Assembly (NCBI GenBank): GCA_038087875.1
Contig: CM075989.1
Span: forward strand, 9,054,001-9,118,000
Direction: 5' to 3'
Source: Malacoraja senta
Taxonomy: Eukaryota
Length of the DNA: 64,000 bases
Positions 1-12,600 of the stretch are shown in pieces. A model generated the notes under the pieces. The model was not told where the DNA came from. It worked only from the letters and a program-made list of their open reading frames with translations, and did no database searches. Each line of letters opens with the position of its first letter. Within the stretch, counting starts at the first letter, position 1. A program made the translations under genes and the position numbers.

Positions 1-224
1 TAGTTGTGTGTCTTGTTGCTGTTTTTAGTATGGCTTCATGGTAATTCGAGTTTCACTGTACCTTAATTGGTACACGTGACAATAAACTGACCTTTGACCC
101 TTTGAACACGTGTGTACTGCCCAGGTGAGGCCTGCTGTATGATTTTACCGGGTTGTAAGAAAACAAAGCATTTCACTGTACCAAGGTACGTGTGACAATA
201 AAGTATCATTGAATCATTGAATCA

Positions 225-1110
225 GCATCAATGGTGCCAAAGTAGAAATGGTCAGGAGCTTCGAGTTCCAAGGTGTAAGTATCACCAACAATTTGTCCTG
301 GTCCAACCACTTTGAAGCTAGGCCCAAAAACGCACGTCAATGACGCTACTTCCTCAAGAGCCTAAACAAGTTCAGCATGTCTTCAACAACTCTTACCAAC
401 TTCTGCAGATGCACCGTAGAAACCATCATATTGGCTGCATCGTAGCTTGATTTGGGAACAGCATTGTCTAAGACCTGAAGACTACTCCGAGAGTCGGGAT
501 GTAGTCCAGCCCATCACACAGGCCAGACCAGCCTCCCTGCCATCGACACCATCTAACAATGCCTCAGAAATGCAGTCAATATAATCATTGACCTTTTTCA
601 CCTTGGTTACTCCTTCTTCTCCCCTCTCCCATTGGGGGAGATACTAAAGAATGAAAGCATGTACCACCAGATGCAGGAACAGCCTCTTCCCCTCTTTTAT
701 CAGACTATAATCCTTTTATCTATCACAGTCGCTGCCTGAAAAAGGCTGGCAGCATCATCAAGGACCCACATCATCCTGGCCACACACTCATCTCCCCGCT
801 ACCTTCAGGTAGAAGGTACAGGAGCCTGAAGACTGCAACGTCCAGGTTCAGAAACAGGTTCTTCCCCACAGCCATCAGGCTATTGAACTCAACTCAAACT
901 AAAGTCTGAACATTAATAGCCCATTATCTGTTTATTTGCACTTTATCTGTTTTATTTATTCATGTGTGTATATATTTATACAATGGTATATGGACACACT
1001 GATCTGTTCTGTATTCATGCCTTCTATACTCTGTTGTGCTGAAGCAAAGCAAGAATTTCATTGTCCTATCTGGGACCCATGACAATAAACTCTCTTGAAT
1101 CTTGAATCTA
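225..1110 (+). mobile_element. Rex1/Babar-like LINE 3' fragments (degenerate, stacked)
   Basis: Broken RT C-terminal translation INGAKVEMVRSF..ITNNLSWSNH; IIKDPHHPGHTLISPLPSGRRYRSL motif; tail ending gacaataaa followed by a short repeat. Confidence 0.75.
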
Positions 1111-1579
1111 ATGAACGGGCCTTCCACAAACTGGGGTGTAGACTCAGTTTTCCAACCTACCTTTTGCAAATATCGGAGTTTAGTAATGCTTCAATGTTGT
1201 AAAACTACATTCTGCACACTGGTATTTTTCTCTCTGCACGACCTGTTTACTTGTGTATGGATGGCTCGTACACATGTATAGTTTGGCTTGACTGGTTGCA
1301 CGATCAATGTGTATTTTGTTCCTTCTATTGGTTTATTAATGTCACGTATACCAAGTCACAGTGAGTGCATTCAAATGAAAGTTTTCACTTGTAACTTGGT
1401 GTAAGGTGACAATAACAAAACAATACCAGTACCAAAATCCACACTGACTGCATTTGCAGTGCTGAGTTTGACATGTTGTACTGTTTTGAATATAGAAACA
1501 AGGAACTGCAGGTCCTGGTTTCCTGTTGGAAATGCCTTCTTTCCAAATCAACGCACACCTACCTTACCAAAGACATGCC

Positions 1580-1760
1580 ATTATCCTGAGGTGATGATGA
1601 GATTTCCAATATTTATCCCCCAGATGACAATGCCAAATCGGGTTAATTAGTCATTAACAGGTTTCTCTGTGGGATCTTGCTGTGCACAAACAGGCTGCCA
1701 CATTTCCTACATTGTAACGATGATGACAGTTCAAGATCACTTTCGGGGTTGTGAAGAAGC
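1580..1760 (+). mobile_element. Ancient Deu-domain SINE fragment (SacSINE1/AmnSINE-like)
   Basis: gtgggatcttgctgtgcacaaa..ggctgcc.catttcctacatt matches the Deu-domain 3' core. Confidence 0.6.
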
Positions 1761-1774
1761 TACATCATGCCAGG

Positions 1775-2714
1775 GCATGGTGGCAGCAGAGTGGTACTGC
1801 GGTAGAGTTGCTGCCTTACAGCATCAGAGACCCAGGTTTGATCCTGACTGCGGGTGCTACCTGTACAAGAGTGTTACGTTCTCCCTGTGCCTACATGGGT
1901 TTTCACTGGATGCTCCAGTTTCCTCCTGCACTCCATAGACGTACAGGTTTGTAGGTTAATAGGCTTCGGTAAAATTATAAATTGTCCCTAGTGTGTAGAA
2001 TAGTGCTAGTGGGGACGCCGTCGAGTATGGCTGCCCTGCCTGCAGCTGTTTGTCCTTTCACACTTTTTTAAAAATGTTTTAGCGTGTTGAAAGTTTTTTG
2101 TTTTGTGAGGTCTAGTGTTTTTATGTGTGTGGGGGGGGGGGGGGGACTGTATTCCTCAGTCCCTACCTGGTCGGAGATGCAGCTTTCCTCCGATCCGCAT
2201 CTTCGCCCCTTCCTCGAGGCCTACCAACGGGACTGGAGCGGCGTTTCCAGCCGGGACCGGCCAGAACCTCAGCTTCGGTGGCGGCACAGCGCTGAAGCAC
2301 CATCACGGAGCGGGCGATGCCTTACCCGGGTCGCCGTGTGGTAAACTCCGGAGTGCTGACTCCTACATCACGGAGCTGTGGTCGCGGAGCGTCCAGCTGC
2401 GGGTCGCGCTGGGTTTAAACACCGTGGAGCCTGGGATCTCTCACCGAAATCGCCAGTGTTGGAGCTCTGACCAGCGCGGCCTGTGGACTTCGGGAGCCGC
2501 GGTCTCCGGGGAGGAAGCAGCCGTTCCAGACACTCCAAGCCGCTGAGAGTATTCTCCCGAAGCCGGAGCTCCATCATCCGGCGAGAGGGCCTGAAACATC
2601 GCTGTATGTGACAATAAATGTCCTTTGTCCTTTGTGTATAGGGATCATTGGTTGGCGTGGACTCAGTGGGGCAAAGGGGTTGTTTCCAGCCTGTATCTCT
2701 AAACTAAGCTAAAA
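1775..2714 (+). mobile_element. V-SINE (HE1-like) interrupted by a CpG-rich insertion at ~2011-2632
   Basis: tRNA-like head and V core at 1775-2010; the SINE resumes at ~2633 with the CR1-like tail ending tgtatctctaaactaa. Confidence 0.8.
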
Positions 2715-2784
2715 TACACTGGAAAACGGCATGCTGTTCTTTCCTTCTCATTCTTTCTCTCCTGGATGTAACCAGACAACCTCC

Positions 2785-3245
2785 GCGCTTCATAACCTTT
2801 CCCCAGTTTATCACCACAGACCTCCTTCAGACTTACACCCCCTCCCACTCCCTGTGGTCTTCATCAACAGGTGTAAAGGCACTACCACCCATCAACCTCA
2901 GCACAATGGGTGCCAGGGCCTTCTCCCACACTGCACCTAAACTTTGGAATTCACTACCCCCTCTCATCCGCATACTGGACTCCACGACAGAATTCAAAAC
3001 GGCTCTTAAAACCCATCTTTTTAAACTAGCTTACTCATTTTAACTGCAGCAACTGCATCTTATTTTGTATCCATCTTAACTCGTTGTGCTAGGCTTTGTT
3101 GCTTATTGTATGTTTTATTGTTGATTTTTTTAATTACTGGTGCTTTGTTGCTTATTGTATGTTTATTACTGATATTATGTGATGTAAGGTGACCTTGATT
3201 GTCTTGAAAGGCGCCATTAAATAAAATGTATTATTATTATTATTG
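2785..3245 (+). mobile_element. L2-clade LINE 3' fragment
   Basis: Translates to RAFSHTAPKLWNSLP..FKTALKTHLF, followed by the tail ttgaaaggcgcc..aataaaatg(tat)n. Confidence 0.75.
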
Positions 3246-3383
3246 TGTGACCTTGTGCCACTGGCTCTTATTATTTAATATGCAGGTGAGTGGACTGTAT
3301 TCTCTTGCCCATCCTACATAGTTCATACTTTCAAACCGTACAGCATGGTGGCAAAATGGGATGGCAATCTGATTTTAACAACA

Positions 3384-4030
3384 GAGTGTGTGTGTTTTTG
3401 TGTGCATGTTATTGTGTGTGCACGTGTGTGTGCACGTGTGTGTGCATGTGTGTGTGTGTTTTTCTGTGCGCATGCGCCTGTGTGTATTTTTGTGCGTGAG
3501 CGTGCGTGTCTGCGTGCACGTGTGTGTATTTTTGTGCGTGAGCGCGCGTGTCTGCGTGCACGTGTGTGTATTTTCGTGCATGAACACGTGTGTGCATGCG
3601 TGCGTAGGTGTGCGTTTTTGTGTGGGTGCGCGCATGTACACCTCGGTTTTCCATGTGCGCCTCTCTTGGCCTGTGTGTGGGTGACTGTGTGAATGTGCAT
3701 GAGCTACTGGTTTCCCTGTGTATCTGTGTATCTTGCTCTCACTTTGTGTGTCTTTCTATCACTTTTTTCATAATTGTGTCTTTTGTCTCTCACTATCTCC
3801 GTATATGTATGTGTGTGTGTGTGTGTGTGTGTATGTGTGTGTGTGTGTGTGTATGTGTGTACGTGTGACTTTCTCTCTATATCTGTTTCTGTTCCAAAAT
3901 ATGAATCCGTATGTTTGTCTCCAATTTTGTGTGTGTGTCTTTGTGTTTCCCCAGGTATATCTGCGTCTGTTTATTTGTGTGTACGTGTGTGCACATGTGC
4001 ATGTGTGCGTACGCATGTGTGTACGTGTGC
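3384..4030. repeat. Compound TG/CA microsatellite and low-complexity tract
   Basis: (TG)n interspersed with gcac/gcat; explains the many C/V- and H/T-rich ORFs here. Confidence 0.95.
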
Positions 4031-4849
4031 CTAAGATACATGGCATCATTTCTCTCCATTGATCAAACTCGTCAGTGTCCTCGGAAATTAATTAGTAGTC
4101 ACTTCAGGGGCTGATAATTAGCCAGCAGCAATCCTGAATGGAATGGATTCTAAGTCCTAGGAATATGATGGTATGATTGAGGGTTTTTTGATTTGTCATT
4201 TGAGTGGTGTAAATGTGATTTAATTCCTCCCTAACGCTCTATTTGATTCGGTTTAAAATTCTTTGAATACTCAGCTGTTAATCTTCCCACTCAGTCTATG
4301 ACATCTTCATGGTATTAATTCACTATGTGTCTCTAGTGCTAAAAATGTCAACATTTATGATAACTGCTAGAGTAGGAAATCTACTGCAATCGACGCAAAC
4401 TTTGTGCATCTCTGTGGGGTGTGCCAATTCCTCATGGCCACAACTGCCCTTAATTTGGCATTGATTGTCTGAGGTCCCATGAAAGCATGGACCAATGCAA
4501 AGAGGAAAGAGGCCACAGCCCTTTGGGACATTGCCAATTCTCTCAATACAGTCAGTCTCTTTCCAACTCCTGACATTGTAATCTTCCTTTCCATATATTG
4601 ATCCAGTGTTCTTCACTATTGAATCATCTCATGATGCTTTCAGGCAGTGTGGCGAAGTGGTTTCCCTTTGTGTTTCTGCTGGTTCTCTCTTTGCCAGGGA
4701 TCTGAACTCAATGCTCTCTGGTGCTTCCTCTTTCAGTCGTTGCCTTTTTCTCTCGATCTACTTAAGTTTCCGGTGCTTCTAGGGCAGCACAATAGTAGAG
4801 TTGGTAGAGTGGTACTTCATACCATCATATTCCTAGGACTTAGAATAGT

Positions 4850-5125
4850 AACAGTGGTAGAGTTGCTACTTTACAGCGCCAGAGACCCGGGTTCGATCCT
4901 GATTACGGGTGCTGTCTGTATGGGGTTTGTACATTCTCCCTGTGAGCACGTGGGTTTTGTCCAAGTGCTCTGGTTTACTCCCACACTTCAAAGATGTGTG
5001 GGTTTGTAGGTTAATTGGCTTCTGTAAAATTGTCCCTGGTGTGTAGTGTATGGGGTGATCACAGGTATGGCGTGGCCTCAGTGGGCCGAAGACCCTGTTT
5101 CCGCGCTGTATCTCTAAAGTCTAAA
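4850..5125 (+). mobile_element. V-SINE (HE1-like)
   Basis: ggtagagttgct..gacccgggttcgatcc head, V core, tail gggccgaag..cctgtttccgcgctgtatctctaaa. Confidence 0.85.
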
Positions 5126-5991
5126 CCAAATTCAAAGTTTGGGGCTGAAGAGCAGTATCGGGTGGAAGAACTGGTGTGAGGAAAAAGCTAATTCTGCATC
5201 ATACAAACCCAGCCTGATGTGGAATCAGATACTGACTCTGAGAGACCAACGTTACCTCAGAGGGAGCAAGGATGAATAATCACCGTGGTAAGTTATCCCA
5301 TTACCTGTGGCAACCACACAGACATTGGCTAAATGCTTTCACAACGAGGGGAAATAATGCAAAAATGGATTTGGAATGCACAAAAAAGAAAGGGAAATAT
5401 AATCAACTCATTGAATGAGGGAAACAGGAGAGCTGGGGAGATGATTGACCAGCTTCAGTAAAGTGATCACACTGTGTAATTCAGTAAGGTTGGCAAGGTA
5501 CTGCAGTGTGGAATGGAGATTTGTTTTTTCTAGTTTAGATTTGGATTGGAGTGCCGTCTATTTGGCCAGACTCCAGCCACCAAGTCACTACTTCAGTTAA
5601 CTCGGCACATTTGTGGCAATCTGGCTGCCTCCCCCAAAAGGAACGAGGAAATTGCTTTCCCTGTCAGGTCGGATCAACAAGCAGACCATTGAGGCGCGAA
5701 GGAATAAGTTTTCACACAAGCCATCTTTTCTCTTTAACTGAACTGACAGCTTCTTAATGGAAGAGAGAGGAAGGCAGGAAGCCAGGAGATGGATGGATGG
5801 TGGAAGGTAGGATTTCTTTAAGCAACGGTGCGGGCTTGCCAACTGAATAAGCTTGCATTCCTTTTAGTTTTAAGCTGGTGAACTGCAGTCTGTAAATGTA
5901 TAGCTCCTATTCCACCCTTTCTTCTTTGGCCATCGCAATGAATGCAGAGAAATGCATGCCAGGTCCACAACCCAAATCCTACCGCGACAAA

Positions 5992-6300
5992 TGGCAGCAT
6001 AGTTGCATAGTGGTAGAGCTGCTGTCTTACAGCGCCAGAGACCCAGGTTCAATTCTAACTACGAATATTGTACATACATTGTACATTCTCCCAGTGACTG
6101 CGTGGGTTTTCTCCGGGTGTTCCGGTTTCCCCCCCACATTCCAAAGACATACAGGTTTGTACGTTAATTAGCTTTGGTGAAGTTGCAAATTGCCCCAACT
6201 CTGTAGGATAGTGTTAGTGTACGGGATGATTGCGGTTGGTGTGGACTCGGTGGGCCGACAGGCCTGTTTCTGTGCTGTATCACTAAAGTCGAAAGTCGAA
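5992..6300 (+). mobile_element. V-SINE (HE1-like)
   Basis: Same head/core/tail consensus as other copies. Confidence 0.85.
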
Positions 6301-6874
6301 AGTCAAAGGAACGCTACTGACCACCTCTTGCACCACCATGGTCTTGTTTACTAATTGTGTATTTTTCTACTAGTGTCTTTTTTTTTGCACAATCTTTTAC
6401 TTTTCTCTGTCTTGTAGAATTTGTGTGCAATTTACGCTTTTGTGTTGCCTGTGTGTTTGCAATGGTGCTGCAAGTAAGTGTTCCGTTGTACCTTTACCTC
6501 ACCGGACTGTGCATATGACAATAAACTCAACGTGGTTTGACTTCCCAATATTCCCATCAGTCGCTCTATCCCGCCATCAATCAGCAAACTGTTCCTTGTG
6601 ACAATTTCAAAGGTCTGCTTGTCACTTGTCCAATATTCCCATTCTGGACTGCAGTCATTATCATCAGAATGCTGGAAACGGCTGCCAGCAATATTAACAC
6701 CTAGTATCGGAGAATTGAACATGTTGGTTCCCAAAACAACGAGCAAGTGGTGTTGGCAAGATGTCCAGCTCGATCACAAAGAGGTTGGAAAGATTTTACA
6801 AAGTCTATCAGGGGGGCCATCAGATGCTGTACGGATGGTGCTTGGTTATGAACAGTACTGGCAGCTAAAGGCAT

Positions 6875-7280
6875 GCGTTTATTGCAGTGCCTTGCACATC
6901 CCTATCGGAACATCTCAACGTGCTTTATAGTCTATCAAAACTTTACAACTGTGACTACACTTTAGTATAGTACAGAGCAGCCAATTTGCACAGAGCATAC
7001 TGCTACATCGCTGCTAGTGAATGACCAGTTAATCGACTTTATTAATGAGCAATAAAAGATAAATGTTAGCCAGCACATCTTGGCTTAACTTCTTGTGATA
7101 CAACTTTGGAATTGTTTGCGTCCTCCAGTGAGTGTTGGCAAGACCTCAGCTGATGGTCTCTTCCAGAAGGCAGCACCACTGGCAAGGCAGCATTTCCCTT
7201 GTGCTGGCCTCGAAGATGGGACCTGAACCCACAACCTTCTGGTTCCAAGGGAAATAGCTGCTATCCAAGCCATGGATGCC
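6875..7280 (-). mobile_element. Ancient Deu-domain SINE (SacSINE1-like), degenerate
   Basis: Reverse complement carries tgtgcaaattggctgct and a tRNA-like gttgtgggttcaggtcc head. Confidence 0.55.
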
Positions 7281-8254
7281 AACAGGTCAATAGCTCGGCT
7301 TTAAGGTGTTGAGTGTTGAGGAATCAGTAACCAAATATCAGCGATCAAGGTGGGAAAGGGACCAAGTTGTTCTGGATGGGAAATGAACGAACTGCAAAGA
7401 GAACTGCCGGAAGGGTGGTGGAGCCAGCTACTCTCACAGCATTTGAAACATGTTTAGCTGAGCACTTGAAACATCATGGCATAGAAGGCTGTGGGCCAAG
7501 TGTCATAGAGCCATACAACATGGAAACAGGCCTTTCCGCCCAAATTGTCCAGAAGGCAGGAGAATGGAGTTGAGAGGGAAAGGTAGATCAGCCATGATTG
7601 AATGGCAGAGCAGAATTGATGGGCTGAATGGCCTAATTCTGCTCCTGTGCCTTGTGGACATATGATCTTATGCCATTTGGCATGAAGAGTAAATAGTGGT
7701 TGCTAGCTTACGGCAGGGTTCTGTTCCTGATTGTAAAGCGGACAGTTCACAAGTCGGCAATCAGCCGCAAACTGAGTTCCCACACGGCAGACGATGCCTG
7801 TATTTCCACAGCAACCAACAGTTCCGCTCACCATACAGTACGTACAGGCTACACATATGTCTCGTGTTCGCAAACTGGGGAGGACCTAAATTGGGGATGG
7901 CAACGCAGTTCAGCTTTGGAAAGGCAGTGGGTTCAGCCTGTCCCTCTGTTTATATAAGATGATGGTTGTTGAAGGAACAGGTACACTGTGGAGTCTGTGA
8001 TTATGTCAGTTGACAGCAGTTACAGACTCCCCATTGTTTAATGGGAGGAAACTCCCTCTTCAAAGGGAGCCAAGTGCCAGTACAATGGCAGAGGGAGATG
8101 AGTGCAAATACTGATCTTATATCTGAGGAGGGTGTTATCTAGGGATTACAAGAGGAGATGGTGAGGCATTGATGACACAAAGTAATTGTCCAGCGCCATT
8201 TTAATGAAACTTTTGCTTTTAGAAATGGCTGTACGACAAAGAAAGTGATTAAAT

Positions 8255-8662
8255 GTGTCGGAAGGAACTGCAGATGCTGGTTTCAACACAAAAAACTGGA
8301 GTATCTCGACAGGTCAGGCAGCATCTCTGGAGAACATTAATAGGTGAAGTTTCGGGTCGAGACCCTTCTTCAGACTGAGAGTCAGGGAAAGGGAAAGGAG
8401 AGATACAGACGGTGATATAGAGACAAATGAATTAAAGATATGCAAAAGGTAATGATGATCAAAGAAAGGTGGAGCCACAATGGTCCATTGTTGCCTGTGC
8501 GAGGTGATAACGAGTTATACAGGCAGTGAAATTCAACCAGACGATAGTGAAACTAGTACGACGTCCAGGGCAGGGGAGGGACGGAGAGAGAGAGAGAGGG
8601 GATGCAAGAGTTACTTGAAGCTGGAGACATCAATGCTCATACTGCCGAAAGTGAGGTGCTGT
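8255..8662 (-). mobile_element. Penelope-like element 3' fragment
   Basis: Terminal module gaaggaactgcagatgctgg..gacccttcttcagactg plus end of the GIY-YIG coding region; same subfamily as 25515-26060. Confidence 0.75.
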
Positions 8663-9050
8663 TAACTATATTCATTCCAGTGTCACGGATTCAGTTTCCA
8701 ATGATGAGAAGCTCAGGCAAACATTACCTCACATATTCTGTTCCTTTGATGAGCCTCCTTCACTCAATAAGCAATCTCCCCACATTCAAAATCCTCGATG
8801 TCTGCGAATAGCTGTCAGTGGATTATTGTGTTCAGGTTGCATAGGGATTTAAAGCACTCCAGGTTTTAAAGTGCAGTTTTCCCATTGACATCTGTGTTTC
8901 AAGTTATTGGGGGATACATTTCTACAGATACATTTTTAAGCTTGGCAAGAGATTGTCCGTTCAGTTCACGTGCTTGTGAGTTGTTCTCAACGGTGATAAA
9001 GAACTGTTCCGAATGGTGAATACTAATTCTTTGCCCCTTGCATCCAACAG

Positions 9051-9162
9051 TTCCATGTGACTCATTCAACATTGACACAAAATGGCCAAGAATCATCAAG
9101 GGGTCTGCCGAAGCACAGTTTGGATACACCGTGCAGCAACATGAAGCCAACGGGCAGAAGTG
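9051..9162 (+). CDS. ITGA11: Integrin alpha-11-like, exon 2 (signal peptide end and mature N-terminus)
   Basis: ccaacag|TTCC...AAGTG|gtaaga; 112 nt, phase 1 to 2. Reads PCDSFNIDTKWPRIIKGSAEAQFGYTVQQHEANGQKW, with the FN.D mature start and FGYTVQQH of ITGA11. Confidence 0.93.
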
Positions 9163-9239
9163 GTAAGAACAGTAAAAACATCTATCAGCTGATTCTTGAA
9201 GTCTACTGTGAGTTCTTGAGCACTGTGGGTTATCAGGTT

Positions 9240-9525
9240 ATACAGGGCAGTTGCTACCTCACATCGCCAAAGACGCGGGTTCGATCCTGACGTCAGGTGC
9301 TGCCTGTGTGGAGTTCACAAGTTCTCCCTCTTACCGCGTGGGTTTCCGCCGGGTGCTCCGGTCTCCACACCCCAAAGATGTGCGGGTTTGAAGGTTAATT
9401 GTTCCTAGTAAGCCAAGAGCGGATTAGAAAGTGGGATAGCATAGAAGCAGAGTGAATTGTTGATCAGTAGTTGGCCTGGATGGTGGTCCGAAGGGCCTGT
9501 TTCCATGCTCTATCTCTAACCTTAA
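9240..9525 (+). mobile_element. V-SINE (HE1-like)
   Basis: gggttcgatcctga B-box-like motif, V core and CR1-like tail. Confidence 0.75.
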
Positions 9526-9548
9526 AATACGGGAACTTCCACTGACTA

Positions 9549-9635
9549 GAAATGAAGTGGTAACAATGGAAATGAAGTGGTAACAATGGAAATGAAGTGG
9601 TAACAATGGCAATGTCTGATAGCAATGGAAATGAT
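9549..9635. repeat. Tandem 20-mer (gaaatgaagtggtaacaatg) x3 plus degenerate copy
   Basis: Directly visible tandem units. Confidence 0.9.
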
Positions 9636-12600
9636 GCTGTTGCTGAATCTGGTGGTACATACTTTCAAGCTGTGTATCTGTTCTGCCTGATGGGAGAGGG
9701 GAGAAGAGTGAATGGGTGTGAGTGGTCCTTGCTAAAGTTAGTTGCTTTCCCAAGGCAGCATGGAGTGTAGATGGAATCATTCATGGGGGGGGAGGTTGCA
9801 TGATGGACTGGCCAGTGTCCATAACTCTGCAATTTCTTGTGGTCTTGGGCAGAGCAGATAATTGTATTTTTGGAAGGGGATGTGGGAATTGGGAAAGTGT
9901 CGGGCTTGAGGACAGAGGCTGAATCGAATACTGTTGTCCATACGAATATCGCCTGCTGCTAATGTCCTGAGATGGTGCAAAGATTGTCGAGCAAAAGGCA
10001 ATTGTGCTACGATGGTGGAGTAGCTGGACTTTGATGATTTACTTTGCAGGTGTTGTCTGGATAGAACAGAGGAAAATCTGCCTTGTGTGTAGGCACGTTG
10101 GGCCACACTTTCTCTTTAGCAGGATGTGCATAAAACGTCTTGAGTAGATCTCACCAATGCCATCCCACTCTTTATTCACCCAAGATAACCTTCCTTTCCA
10201 CTAATGATTTACAAACATCCATTTTGTTGTCTCTCATGCATGTTACTTTGGATGGCGTGTGTCTGAAATGGAAAATGACTCCCCCCAAGACCACAAGCCC
10301 TCGACCACAGTAAGGTACAAAGATAAGCCCCACTTGTGCATCACTTTAGGATCGTGACTCACAGCTTGAAGGGGAACCGAGTTTGAACTCTTGCACTGAC
10401 CTCGGCTAACAAAAATGGGATGAATTCCTCAAGTTTCTTTGCTGGTCTCGGCACAGAACCACGTTTGTCAATAACTCCCGGCAGTCGGGCATGTGCGAGG
10501 TAATAAACGGCTCCTGATTAAGTGCAGCAAGGTTTAGCCAAAATGCAGAAGAAGCTTTTTTTGGCAATGGCGTCTGACCCGAGAATCCAACTGAATGTGG
10601 AATGAAAAAATGCAGCTTGTCTCGTCAAAGGTTAATGTGTCCAACAAATCTACTATGCGGCCATGGATTCAGCCAGTATACCTCGAGAGAAGGTAGCCAT
10701 AAATTAAAGCCTTGTATTTTATTCCTGGCTGATTCCCAAAGGCATGCGTTGGGTTTTTGGTTAGAAGACCAGTGTTTCAAACCCCCTCTGCTACCTACAG
10801 TTCCCACTGATTTATCTACCTTAATCAGGCCCCTCTAACCAGCTGTCAAACTGTTAGCAGCATTGTTAACCAAAAGAATTTGCATTTATATAAATCTTTT
10901 TCACAATAATCCAAAGTGCTTTACAGCCAGTTCAGTAGTTTTGAAGTGTGGTCACCGTATTAATATTTAAGCCAATCTGCCCGCAATGGACTCGTACAAA
11001 TTAGCAATGTTACAAAATTTTGAGATTAAAAAAAATCAAGTCTGCAATTCATCCCATCAGATAAAGCATAAAAATAAGTTTAATTTGACACCTAATTCAC
11101 TTTCATATCTTCAGTATTAAAGAAGTTATGGCCATTTTCATGCTCTGAAATTAGCATCTTGTTCCCTATTGCTTTTCCATTGACTTAACTCGAAAGCTGT
11201 GATCGAGGACAGTCAAAAGCCCATACCTTTCTTAAAAATTAAGAGAACTGAATGAAATTTTCAGTTATTATAGATTGAAGCATTCTGAAACAAATATGAA
11301 ACAATCTTACTTGGATGACCTGAAATTAAAGCATATAATTAGTTAGTTACCTAATTGTAGCTAATTACAAAATTAAATTACTAGATCTAAACATCTATCC
11401 ATTTCTTAAGAAAAGGTTAACATTTTTAAATAGCCTAAGTGTCCAAATAACATTCACACAAGAATTCACAATATAACATGATTTTTAAATCTCATTGTCA
11501 TGAATTTATAGGCCAAATGGAAGGTATTTAGTGTTTAATTCCCGTAAATTAATGGCCATTTTAATCATCTTGCGAGTGAGATTTTGTGGAAAGCGATCGA
11601 TTGGAACGTTGCGGTTTGCGGTGAATTTAAACCCCATATCGGCAGGAAAAACACTGCCGGTTCGTATATTTTCATAATCACATTTTCGCTGATGAAATTT
11701 TGATTAAAGTAATTCGGGTCAGGCAGTATCTCTGGAGAACATGGATCGGTAACGTTTCAGGTCGGTTGTGTCTTTTGTTTTTTCAAACTATCATCTGCAG
11801 TTCCTTGTTTCTTTACAATGATCAGGTCTTCTGGTTTAATAGCCTCAAATGAAGGATGGAAAACGTGTGGAAGGAAGCCCCTTGCCCACCTGGGGACATG
11901 GGGCCTTGGAACGTCTCAGGATAGTCAGCATGGCACTGGAGGACCAGGCCGGATGCCAACTTTCTACCCACGACTTTGTGACTCAGAATGTGAGCATTCT
12001 GCTCAAAGAGGGACCCGGTGTGGGAGGGCCACCGAGAGAACAGAGGAGGACCCGGATTGCAGGGCCCGACTATCTTGGGACTATAATGAATACTTTGGAA
12101 CCTTGTTGGCTCCCTGTAGGTTGCGCCTCTTTGCATACTTTGTGTATTGTACGCAAAACAAAGAACTTCACTGTACCAAGTACATGTGACAATACCGTAT
12201 CATCACCCTTGTTGGTCATCACTTGATCCAAGGGTGAGCTCCACCATAGTGGATGGTGGTGGATGTTGGATCAGAGGTGACTCAGTAATCTGATTCTGAA
12301 TCCATCAATCAACAATGGATGGATTTGGATTTATATTGAGGAAATTTTAAAGATTTTCTATTTACAGCAGGCTCCAGATTGATGGGGTTTGGACATCACC
12401 AAGATTGGTTGGTGGCCAGCTGCTACCAGATTTGTTGAGGTGTACCCTTCATTTAATTACCTCTGAGCACCTCGGGACCTCTGACGGTGATTATTAAAAC
12501 ACGGGAGTATGAGACTCTCGATCAGCGGAGAGCTGGGCATCTGCGTAGATTGTCCAGTCAGGATGAGCTGAGGTCTGAGGATCAATGCCTCAATGCTAGT

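Noticed and set aside
3245..3291. Strong CAG|GTGAGT donor as candidate exon 1
   Set aside because: The phase-1 frame needed to join exon 2 has a TAA just upstream, and the upstream sequence is an L2 tail.
3290..4114. Cluster of C/V- and H/T-rich ORFs
   Set aside because: Same microsatellite artefact.
9549..9635. Regular repeats resembling a CRISPR array
   Set aside because: Head-to-tail tandem 20-mers without spacers, in a vertebrate intron.
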